Origin: Candidatus Saccharimonadota bacterium
Lineage (GTDB): Bacteria; Patescibacteriota; Saccharimonadia; Saccharimonadales; Saccharimonadaceae
Length of the DNA: 32,000 nucleotides
Direction: 5' to 3'
Assembly (NCBI GenBank): GCA_049296095.1
Contig: JBAQRV010000001.1
Location: 90,001 to 122,000, forward strand
Positions 17,167 through 25,101 of the stretch are shown one piece after another. The position numbers and the translations under genes are program-made. The notes under the pieces were generated by a model. That model was not told where the DNA came from. It worked only from the letters and a program-made list of their open reading frames with translations, and did not search any database. Position 1 is the first letter of the stretch, and every line of letters begins with the position of its first letter.

Positions 17167-20100
17167 ATGGGGGCAGATGTGAAAACAAAACAAGAAGTAA
17201 AGGGGGCTTTATTGCCCTCTAGTTTTGTACACCTACATAATCACACTCATCATAGTGTGCTCGATGGCATGACCAAGATTCCGGCCTTGATTGATAGGGT
17301 GAAGCAGCTCGGCATGGAAGCGGTGGCAATCACAGATCATGGCACTATGTCAGGAGTGATTGAGTTCTACAAGGCGGCCAAGGCAGCCGACATTAAGCCG
17401 ATCATTGGTATGGAGGGGTACGTAGCAGCTCGTAGTCGTTTTGACCGCGATCCTCAAAAGGATAAGGGGCGATACCACCTCACTATCCTGGCAATGAATA
17501 ACCAGGGGTACAAGAACCTTATGCGGCTGAGCTCTTTAGCGCAATTGGAGGGGATGTACTATAAACCTCGCATCGATCACGAACTACTAGAGAAGTACAA
17601 CGAAGGGCTGATTATCTTGTCCGGCTGTGCTAGTGGTGAGGTCGGTGAAAATCTTCGGATGGATAACTACGAAGAAGCAAAAAAGATTGCTGCCTGGTAT
17701 AAATCTATCTTTGGCGATCGCTACTATTTAGAGCTGCAAGATCATGGTCATCTTGAGTCGCCGGCTGCTTGGGATGTGCAAGTGAAAATAAATGGATACC
17801 TCGAGAAGATTGCCACTGAACTCGATATTCCTCTGGTAGTGACGAGTGACGGACATTATTTGACGCACGATGATCAGGATTCTCACGAGATTCTTCTCTG
17901 TGTTGGGACAGGATCATTCTTAAACGATGAGAAGCGGATGTCTTTAAAAGATTTTGAACTCCATGTGACCGAACCGAATGAGCTGATTGCTCGGTGGCTG
18001 AAAACCCACCCCGAAGCGGTCTCGAACACGAAAGCGATTGCCGATCGCTGCGATGTTGAGCTCGAGCTGGGCGGAATATTAATCCCAACTTTTCCAACAC
18101 CCGAAGGTTTCAACGAGAAGACTTATTTGGACTATTTAGTATTCCAAGGACTTGCTTGGAGATACGGTGATTTAAAGATTGATGAGACGGTCGGGTTATC
18201 GGTTGAAGAGGCGCGCGGGCACATCCCCGCTCATGTACTCGAAAGGGCAGACTACGAACTGGGAGTGATCGATCGGATGGGCTTTAACGGTTACTTCTTG
18301 ATCGTGCAGGACTTTATTAACTGGGGCAAGAATCGAGGTATTATTTTTGGCCCCGGTCGTGGCTCGGCAGCTGGTTCAATCGTGTCCTACGCGGTTCGTA
18401 TTACCGAACTCGATCCGCTCCATTATGATTTGCTGTTTGAGCGTTTCTTGAACCCTGATCGTATTAGCATGCCTGATGTCGATATTGACATTCAAGACAC
18501 CCGACGAGACGAGGTGATTGCCTATTGTACTGAAAAATACGGCACGGAACGAGTCGCCAATATCGTGACCTTCGGAACAATGGCCGCCCGTGCCGCAGTC
18601 CGAGATGTTGCCCGTGTACTCCAGGTGCCATACGCTGAAAGTGATCGTCTGGCGAAGTTGATTCCCCCGCCGGTGCAAGGTCGCCATATACCACTCTCCA
18701 AGAGTGTTATTGAAGATGCTGATCTCAAGCACGAATATGAATCAAATCCCACAACGAAGCGAGTGTTAGATTTTGCAATGCGCTTGGAAGGGACGATTCG
18801 TAGCCACGGCGTGCATGCGGCCGGTGTAGTGATCGCGCCAACTGATATCGTGAACTATGCACCGGTTGAAATGTCTCAAAAAGGCGTTGTGGCGACACAA
18901 TACCCGATGGGTCCAATCGAGGAGCTAGGACTACTTAAAATGGACTTCCTAGGCCTGTCTAACTTAACGATTATCAATAACGCACTTCGTATTATAAAAA
19001 AGGTATATAAAACTGACATTAACTTATTGGAGATTCCTCTGGAGGACGCCGAGACATTCAGCCTATTTCAAAAAGGTGACACGACCGGTGTGTTCCAGCT
19101 TGAATCGGCTGGAATGAAACGGTATTTGCGCGAACTAAAACCGACTGTATTTGATGACATTGTGGCGATGGTGGCCCTGTATCGTCCGGGTCCAATGCAA
19201 TTTATTGATGACTTTATCAAGCGAAAGCACGGCGAGCGCGACATTAGTTATGCTCACCCAAAGATGGAAAATGCTTTGCAATCAACCTACGGCGTCTTGG
19301 TCTACCAGGAACAGGTCATGCAGATCTCTAAGGATCTTTCTGGTTTTACCGGTGGCGAAGCGGATACACTGCGTAAAGCAATCGGTAAAAAGAACATGGA
19401 AATGATGGCCAAGATGAAGACCCGCTTTATTGAGGGCGCGATGGAGCATTCTGGTGCCAAGAAGGATGACATGGAAGTATTCTGGAAGCAGTTGGAAGAC
19501 TTCGCGGCCTACTGTTTCAACAAGTCGCATGCTGCTTGTTACGGACTGATTTCATACTGGACAGCCTATTTAAAGGCTCATTTCCCAGAGGCCTTTATGG
19601 CAGCCCTCATGACGAGTGATGCCGATGACATCGACCGCTTAGCGATCGAGATTAACGAATGCAAGCACATGGGAATTAAAGTCCTTTCACCAGATGTGAA
19701 CGAGAGTTTCGTCGAGTTTGCGGTCGTGCCAGGCGAGAAGGAAATTAGGTTTGGTATGGCAGCGGTGAAGGGTGTCGGGACGGCTGTGGTAGAGGAGATC
19801 TTGCGGGCTCGCGAGGATGGCAAATTTGTCAGTGTGGAGGATTTTGCGAAACGAGTGTCAACTTCTAGGGTGAATAAGAAAGCCTGGGACTCACTGATTA
19901 AAACTGGTGCTTTTGATGAGCTAGCCGATCGGTCTGATCTGCTGTTTAATCTCGAGACGATCCAAGGCTTTGCGTCCAAAGTCCAAAAGGAGGCTCTCAG
20001 TGGGCAAACTGACTTGTTTGGTGGTATGGCCGATGTTGCCTCAATTCAACCGACTGTCTCGATGATTCCTGCACCAGTTAAACATACCGAAAAGGAACGA

Positions 20101-20865
20101 TTGACCTGGGAGCGAGAGCTACTCGGTCTGTACATCAGCGCTCATCCCCTTGATAACTACGATGCTTATTTTGAAGAGCAAACCATTCCGATTGCCGAAG
20201 TGACCAAGGATGCTGACAGTAAATTACTGACGGTTGGTGGCCTCATTTCATCAATTCGATCGATCATCACCAAGAGTGGGACCAAGATGGCCTTTATCAA
20301 GCTCGAAGACAAGACCGGTGAGACGGAAATTATCGTGTTTCCAAATCTCTACGAACAGCTCGGGGCTCGCTTGCTACAGGATGTGGTAATTCGTTCGAAA
20401 GGAAAGGTAACAGCGCGTGATCGTGATGGCAATATGACGAGTGATATCAAGATGATTGCTGATGAGATTCATATTGTGGAAGACGACGAACTACGAAACT
20501 ATGAGTCGAATGGACGCAAGATGGCGATGCCGACGATGAGAGTGCAGGCTACCAGGTCAAAGTGGGCAAAAAAGGGTGCTTCGGATGAGCCAGGCCCGTC
20601 TCTACCGGCGGCTTCTCGGGCACCGATTGTTGTTGACGAGGCGCCTAAGAAGCTCTATGTCCACGTCAAAGATCCAGAGGATGCTGATGCTCTCTTGAAG
20701 GTAAAGGAAGCCTGTGGGGACTTTCCTGGCTTTACAGACATAGTCTTGGTGCTCGGTGCTGATAAACACTCGGCAATTAAGATGCCATTTAAGGTTGAGA
20801 CGAGTGATGAGTTGATTGGGCGATTGGTCAAGGTACTCGGTGAGGATGCGGTCGTTCTTAAGTAG
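17167..20865 (+). CDS. dnaE: DNA polymerase III alpha subunit
   Basis: 1232 aa. PHP domain (FVHLHNHTHHSVLDG), polymerase core (PDVDIDI, GVHAAGVVI), an HhH region and an OB fold. SD TAGGAGG at 17155..17161. Confidence 0.95.
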   Translation: MGADVKTKQEVKGALLPSSFVHLHNHTHHSVLDGMTKIPALIDRVKQLGMEAVAITDHGTMSGVIEFYKAAKAADIKPIIGMEGYVAARSRFDRDPQKDKGRYHLTILAMNNQGYKNLMRLSSLAQLEGMYYKPRIDHELLEKYNEGLIILSGCASGEVGENLRMDNYEEAKKIAAWYKSIFGDRYYLELQDHGHLESPAAWDVQVKINGYLEKIATELDIPLVVTSDGHYLTHDDQDSHEILLCVGTGSFLNDEKRMSLKDFELHVTEPNELIARWLKTHPEAVSNTKAIADRCDVELELGGILIPTFPTPEGFNEKTYLDYLVFQGLAWRYGDLKIDETVGLSVEEARGHIPAHVLERADYELGVIDRMGFNGYFLIVQDFINWGKNRGIIFGPGRGSAAGSIVSYAVRITELDPLHYDLLFERFLNPDRISMPDVDIDIQDTRRDEVIAYCTEKYGTERVANIVTFGTMAARAAVRDVARVLQVPYAESDRLAKLIPPPVQGRHIPLSKSVIEDADLKHEYESNPTTKRVLDFAMRLEGTIRSHGVHAAGVVIAPTDIVNYAPVEMSQKGVVATQYPMGPIEELGLLKMDFLGLSNLTIINNALRIIKKVYKTDINLLEIPLEDAETFSLFQKGDTTGVFQLESAGMKRYLRELKPTVFDDIVAMVALYRPGPMQFIDDFIKRKHGERDISYAHPKMENALQSTYGVLVYQEQVMQISKDLSGFTGGEADTLRKAIGKKNMEMMAKMKTRFIEGAMEHSGAKKDDMEVFWKQLEDFAAYCFNKSHAACYGLISYWTAYLKAHFPEAFMAALMTSDADDIDRLAIEINECKHMGIKVLSPDVNESFVEFAVVPGEKEIRFGMAAVKGVGTAVVEEILRAREDGKFVSVEDFAKRVSTSRVNKKAWDSLIKTGAFDELADRSDLLFNLETIQGFASKVQKEALSGQTDLFGGMADVASIQPTVSMIPAPVKHTEKERLTWERELLGLYISAHPLDNYDAYFEEQTIPIAEVTKDADSKLLTVGGLISSIRSIITKSGTKMAFIKLEDKTGETEIIVFPNLYEQLGARLLQDVVIRSKGKVTARDRDGNMTSDIKMIADEIHIVEDDELRNYESNGRKMAMPTMRVQATRSKWAKKGASDEPGPSLPAASRAPIVVDEAPKKLYVHVKDPEDADALLKVKEACGDFPGFTDIVLVLGADKHSAIKMPFKVETSDELIGRLVKVLGEDAVVLK

Positions 20866-21352
20866 TGAGGCCGTAAAGGGCAATCCCGGTCGCAACGCTG
20901 ACGTTAAATGACTCTTTCTGACCTTGCATTGGTATTTCGATGATATCTTCACACTCTGCGAGGAGCTCAGGGGTAATGCCGTGGACTTCTTCGCCAATAA
21001 GAAGGGCTATTTTTGCTGGCGGGGTGTATTCGTTAAGTAATACGCTGTTCTCGGCCTGTTCAAGCGCCACAATGCGATAGCCTCGATGTTTATAAGCGTC
21101 TAAGGAAAGTTCTTCGACATATTCAAACGGTACAATTGTCTCGGCGTTTAAGGCAGTCTTATGAATCTGAGCGGTCATCTTGTCAGAAATGTGGGGTAGT
21201 CGCGTGTCGTGCTCTATCCGTGGATAGGGTGTATAGCCACTCAAGATAATCTTTTTGACACCAAAGCCTTCGGCAGTGCGGAAGATAGACCCGACATTGT
21301 GAGTCGAACGAATATTGTGGGCGATTATGATAATTTCAGGCATCCCTGGCAT
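20858..21352 (-). CDS. SpoU/TrmH-family (SPOUT) RNA 2'-O-methyltransferase
   Basis: 164 aa. Contains HNVGSIFRTAEGFGV, LLIGEEVHGITPELL and IEIPMQGQKESFNVSVATGIALY. The likely true start is the second ATG (21343); see the -10 feature. The 3' end overlaps dnaE by 8 nt. Confidence 0.85.
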   Translation of the reverse strand: MPGMPEIIIIAHNIRSTHNVGSIFRTAEGFGVKKIILSGYTPYPRIEHDTRLPHISDKMTAQIHKTALNAETIVPFEYVEELSLDAYKHRGYRIVALEQAENSVLLNEYTPPAKIALLIGEEVHGITPELLAECEDIIEIPMQGQKESFNVSVATGIALYGLTT

Positions 21353-21359
21353 TATATCA
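21351..21359 (-). promoter_or_regulatory. extended -10 (TGATATAAT) for the SpoU methyltransferase
   Basis: Reverse complement of 21351..21359 is TGATATAAT. It overlaps the first ATG (21352). The second ATG (21343) lies exactly 7 nt downstream (GCCAGGG). Confidence 0.5.
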
Positions 21360-21380
21360 CTATAAAATGCTTATGATTTT

Positions 21381-21389
21381 TGATACGAT
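21381..21389 (+). promoter_or_regulatory. possible extended -10 (TGATACGAT), 7 nt upstream of the ATPase ATG
   Basis: TGA+TACGAT at 21381..21389, then AGGGTGA, then ATG 21397. Weaker hexamer. The AGGG could instead be a very closely spaced SD. Confidence 0.3.
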
Positions 21390-21396
21390 AGGGTGA

Positions 21397-23019
21397 ATGG
21401 ACGAGGATAAAATTCAGCAGCAGGCTCGCGATCAAGACGAGAAGAGTACGCAACAGCGTGCAGCTATCCTTGGGATGCAGTATCTTGATACGCGGGGGAT
21501 CGAAGATAATCTTGAGTTAATGCCTGATATCTTGAGTGTCGATGTGATGCACAAGAATCGCATCATTCCATTGAGCCCTGGTAACGAATCAACTCCTTGG
21601 CAGTTCGGTGTTACGACACAAACACCACAGTCTTTAATTCGTGAGCTCACGGATAAATATGCCGCTCAGGCGCAGAATGTCGTCTTTCAACTGATCAGTC
21701 TCGGCGGATTTAATCTTTTAATGAATCGATATGACCCACCGGCTGTCGTTACTTATGACGATATCCAGATTGCTAAGGCTGGCGATAGCGAAACTATCAA
21801 ACAGGTGAGTGATACATTAAATTCGGTTGGTAGTGATAAGGTATTTGATTATTTGATCGATCAGGCCGACAAGCTCGGTGCCAGTGACATTCATATCGAG
21901 AATCAACGAGAAGGCATTCGAATTCGACTTCGTATCGATGGGGCGCTCCATCCGGTAGCGACATTGGATAATGATCGTTACCGAGTAATCCTCGGGGCAT
22001 TGGCGAGTCGTGCGAATGTTTCGACCGCTGCGACCGAGCCACAATCTGGCCATCTCCAAAAGGAGATTACTCGCGACGGTAATACGCACCTATTGAATAT
22101 GCGTATCGAAATGATCCCGACCATGTATGGGCAGGACGCGGTGATCCGATTGTTTAATTATGATGAATCAATGTTAAACCTTGATCGTCTTGGCATCGGT
22201 GCTGATGAGCGTAAAGAGATTGATGAAATTATTAGCCACCCTCGTGGCATGGTACTGATGGTCGGGCCGACCGGTAGTGGTAAATCGACGACACTCTACA
22301 GTATGATCGGGGCGCTCAATACGACCGATCGAAAGATTATTACACTCGAAGATCCGATCGAGTATGGTATTTCGGGTATTTCGCAGATTCCTGTTGATAC
22401 AACAGGCGGTCAAAGCTTTGCAGACCACCTTCGTTCGGTGCTTCGTCTCGACCCTGACGTTGTGATGGTGGGAGAAATCCGAGATGCAGATACCGCTAAG
22501 ACGGCGATCCAGGCATCAATCACAGGCCACCTTGTGCTGTCGACCTTCCATGCAAACACGACTGCAACTGCATTTAGCCGCATGATCGACATGATTGGTG
22601 TGAATCCGATCTTTAGTACAGCAATTCGCCTCGTGATCGCTCAGCGATTGGTGCGACGACTCGACGACACGTCGAAAGAAGAGTATGAGCCAGATGAAGC
22701 AACCAAGAAATGGGTCCAGGCAGCTCTTGCTAATTTGCCGTCACATGTTGAGAAGCCAGATCTCGAGAACTTTAAGTTATGGCGTCCCGTCGCCTCTGAG
22801 GCCTCGCCATTTGGGTATAGTGGACGCATCGTTATTATGGAGCAGTTGGTGGTGAACGAAGAGATCCAGAAATACCTCCGTGGTGATGTTGCTGACGTTC
22901 ATGCAGAAAGTATCGAAAAAACAGCTCGAGAGCAGGGTATGGTAACGCTGCTCGAACATGGTGTTTTGGCGGCACTACGCGGTGAAACAACGCTTGAAGA
23001 GGTGAATCGGGCAATTTAA
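21397..23019 (+). CDS. PilB/GspE-family type IV pilus / type II secretion ATPase
   Basis: 540 aa. Walker A GPTGSGKST, Asp box ITLEDPIEY, Walker B VVMVGEIRD, His box GHLVLSTFHAN. N-terminal GspE_N-like region. No cysteine anywhere in the protein. Confidence 0.85.
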   Translation: MDEDKIQQQARDQDEKSTQQRAAILGMQYLDTRGIEDNLELMPDILSVDVMHKNRIIPLSPGNESTPWQFGVTTQTPQSLIRELTDKYAAQAQNVVFQLISLGGFNLLMNRYDPPAVVTYDDIQIAKAGDSETIKQVSDTLNSVGSDKVFDYLIDQADKLGASDIHIENQREGIRIRLRIDGALHPVATLDNDRYRVILGALASRANVSTAATEPQSGHLQKEITRDGNTHLLNMRIEMIPTMYGQDAVIRLFNYDESMLNLDRLGIGADERKEIDEIISHPRGMVLMVGPTGSGKSTTLYSMIGALNTTDRKIITLEDPIEYGISGISQIPVDTTGGQSFADHLRSVLRLDPDVVMVGEIRDADTAKTAIQASITGHLVLSTFHANTTATAFSRMIDMIGVNPIFSTAIRLVIAQRLVRRLDDTSKEEYEPDEATKKWVQAALANLPSHVEKPDLENFKLWRPVASEASPFGYSGRIVIMEQLVVNEEIQKYLRGDVADVHAESIEKTAREQGMVTLLEHGVLAALRGETTLEEVNRAI

Positions 23020-23033
23020 CGCCTCTAAACCCT

Positions 23034-23061
23034 TTGAAAAATCGTTCAACTATGGTATATT
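23034..23061 (+). promoter_or_regulatory. sigma-70-like promoter with extended -10 for rplS
   Basis: TTGAAA (23034..23039), 16-nt spacer whose last 3 nt are TGG (23053..23055), then TATATT (23056..23061). Confidence 0.55.
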
Positions 23062-23101
23062 AGATATTCGATTGCAATATAAGATTTAACGCGAGACGAA
23101 A

Positions 23102-23626
23102 ATGAGTTTTGAACTGATCAAAAAAGTGAACCAAGCACAGCGTAAGAGCGCTGTCGTAGACGCCCAAAGCGGTGATACTGTTCGTGTTCACCAGAAAATT
23201 AAAGAAGGTACTAAAGAGCGTATTCAGATTTTTGAAGGCGTTGTTATCCGTGTTGACCGTGCATCTTCGCACACTGCCCGTATCACCGTCCGAAAAATCG
23301 CCAGCGGTGTTGGTGTCGAAAAGAGCTTCCTCCTTCACAGTCCATTGGTTGAAAAGATCGAGATTGTTCGCCGAGCGAAAGTCCGCCGTAACTACCTCTC
23401 ATATCTCCGTGAGCGAAGTGGTAAATCTGCACGTCTGCGCGGCGTCAACTTCGACCGTGAGGGTGTTAATGACATCACTGATCCACACGCTGAAGCTGAA
23501 GAAGCTCGCCTCAAAGAAGAGGCTCGTATCGCTGCTGAAGAGAAGGCCGCTGCCAAGGCTGCTGAAGAAGCAGAACTCGCTGCAAAGCAAGCAGAGGTCG
23601 AAGCCCGACACGCTGAACAAGCTTAG
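23102..23626 (+). CDS. rplS: 50S ribosomal protein L19 with a ~60-aa Ala/Glu/Lys-rich C-terminal extension
   Basis: 174 aa. L19 core (GDTVRVHQKIKEG.KERIQIFEGVVI, ITVRKIASGVGVEKSF.LHSP, RRAKVRRNYLSYLR). Tail is EAEEARLKEEARIAAEEKAAAKAAEEAELAAKQAEVEARHAEQA. Confidence 0.92.
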   Translation: MSFELIKKVNQAQRKSAVVDAQSGDTVRVHQKIKEGTKERIQIFEGVVIRVDRASSHTARITVRKIASGVGVEKSFLLHSPLVEKIEIVRRAKVRRNYLSYLRERSGKSARLRGVNFDREGVNDITDPHAEAEEARLKEEARIAAEEKAAAKAAEEAELAAKQAEVEARHAEQA

Positions 23627-23642
23627 TTTGAACCCTATAATG

Positions 23643-23673
23643 AAATACGCGCCTAATTGGCGCGTATTTTTTT
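23643..23673 (+). terminator. rho-independent terminator after rplS
   Basis: AAATACGCGCC (23643..23653), loop TAATT, GGCGCGTATTT (23659..23669) running into a T-run that ends at 23673. Confidence 0.8.
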
Positions 23674-23763
23674 GCTTCAAATTGTATAAAACTCGGCAGA
23701 ATGGTTGACTGGGGTAAAGTGCACATACACACCGAGTATGTACTCGTCCCCTCCGCTGATCTT

Positions 23764-24159
23764 TCAGTGCGCCTGTTGCTTGCGAAGCCTCCTGTCATGC
23801 ATGGCATCGTCGATTGACGTACCAACGATGTATCCCACGACGATCGCGGCCAAGACGACGGTCACCGGCCACAGGAAGAAGCTGAATAGCGCCGCTATCA
23901 ACGGCACCCACAGCATTTCTTCGAGCATGATGTCACCGGAGTAGAGCTTGAAGGCGCGGAGAACTTCACAGACGGCGGCAATGATGACGCAGACGATGAA
24001 GATCACCAGGAGGATACCAGTGGTGATCACTGATCCCCAGTTGTACCAGTTCGCATGTTCCATGAAAGAAAACATAGTATTTTTCCAATCTGCCGAGTTG
24101 TGAACGTACGCTCGTTTGAGGTCGTTGCTAAATTTATACCATTTTTTACTAAAAAACAC
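23764..24159 (-). CDS. two-TM membrane protein (hypothetical)
   Basis: 131 codons. The first codon at 24159 is GTG, and the first ATG is codon 29 (24075). Two hydrophobic helices (ITTGILLVIFIVCVIIAAV and WVPLIAALFSFFLWPVTVVLAAIVVGYIV). Start site uncertain. Confidence 0.5.
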   Translation of the reverse strand: MFFSKKWYKFSNDLKRAYVHNSADWKNTMFSFMEHANWYNWGSVITTGILLVIFIVCVIIAAVCEVLRAFKLYSGDIMLEEMLWVPLIAALFSFFLWPVTVVLAAIVVGYIVGTSIDDAMHDRRLRKQQAH

Positions 24160-24180
24160 AACCTCACGACGCGACTCTTG

Positions 24181-24186
24181 TATACT
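24181..24186 (+). promoter_or_regulatory. -10 TATACT, 6 nt upstream of the rnhB ATG
   Basis: TATACT at 24181..24186, then TGATGT, then ATG 24193. No SD. Confidence 0.4.
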
Positions 24187-24192
24187 TGATGT

Positions 24193-25101
24193 ATGATACT
24201 CGGGATAGATGAAGTAGGACGCGGCCCCTGGGCAGGGCCGTTGGTTATAGGGGCGGTCGTTTTGGGTGGGATTGAGATTGAAGGCCTGACGGATAGTAAA
24301 AAGCTTTCCAAGAAGCGCCGCAATGAGCTAGATCTTATTATTCGTGAGAAGGCTCTTGGCTATGGCTTAGGCTGGGTAAGTGCTGAGGAGATTGACGATG
24401 TAGGGCTCTCCGAGGCACTCAAGTTAGCAACGATTCGTGCAGTCGAACAAGTCAAAGCTCCTTATCACGAGATTATGATTGATGGCACAATTAACTTTTT
24501 GAAAGAGACTTCGAAAGGTCGCTATGTCACGACCTTGCCGAAAGCCGATCTGCTTATCCCAAGTGTGTCCGCTGCCTCGATTATTGCAAAGGTCGCAAGG
24601 GACACCTATATGGCCGAGCAAGATCTTGTCTATCCAGGCTATAACTTTACGAGTCATGTCGGCTACGGGACGGCGGCCCATCAAGCGGCGATCGCGATTC
24701 ATGGTATCACCCCTCTTCACAGAAAGTCGTTTGCTCCAATTGCCAAGATCGTCGGTGCAACAACTAAGAAGATTGGTGATGGTGGAGAAGATGCGGCCGA
24801 GTTGTACCTGAGTGAGCAGGGCCATAAGATCCTGGAGCGTAATTGGAAGACTCGATACTGCGAGATCGACATTGTCTCCACAAAAGATGGAACGGTCTTT
24901 TTTCATGAGGTAAAGTATCGCCGTACAACTGTACAAGGTGGAGGTATCGCGGCGATTACCCCGAATAAACTCAAGCAAATGAGATTTGCTGCGGAATTTT
25001 ATGCAACTGCGCAGCGCTTATTCGATACACCACTTCGATTGACGGCCATAGCGGTGACGGGCGTGACGCCGCACGTTGAGACCTATTTAGAGATCGAGTA
25101 G
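24193..25101 (+). CDS. rnhB: ribonuclease HII fused to a YraN/UPF0102 endonuclease-like domain
   Basis: 302 aa. RNase HII motifs in residues 1-190: GIDEVGRGPWAGPLV, TDSKKLS, IMIDGT, SVSAASIIAKV. From residue ~194 there is a YraN-like segment: GEDAAELYLSEQGHKILERNWKTRYCEIDIVS...FHEVKYR. Confidence 0.9.
   Translation: MILGIDEVGRGPWAGPLVIGAVVLGGIEIEGLTDSKKLSKKRRNELDLIIREKALGYGLGWVSAEEIDDVGLSEALKLATIRAVEQVKAPYHEIMIDGTINFLKETSKGRYVTTLPKADLLIPSVSAASIIAKVARDTYMAEQDLVYPGYNFTSHVGYGTAAHQAAIAIHGITPLHRKSFAPIAKIVGATTKKIGDGGEDAAELYLSEQGHKILERNWKTRYCEIDIVSTKDGTVFFHEVKYRRTTVQGGGIAAITPNKLKQMRFAAEFYATAQRLFDTPLRLTAIAVTGVTPHVETYLEIE

Noticed and set aside
17167-20865. Intein or other insertion in the 1232-aa DnaE
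   Set aside because: The length excess is in the N- and C-terminal tails. No intein block motifs (a Cys/Ser-initiated splice junction, or a terminal His-Asn followed by Cys/Ser/Thr) are evident, and the polymerase motifs are contiguous.
23172-23708. 178-aa plus-strand ORF overlapping rplS in another frame
   Set aside because: The 23102 frame gives a textbook L19 core. The alternative frame is a low-complexity K/L/S-rich product that reads through the terminator hairpin.
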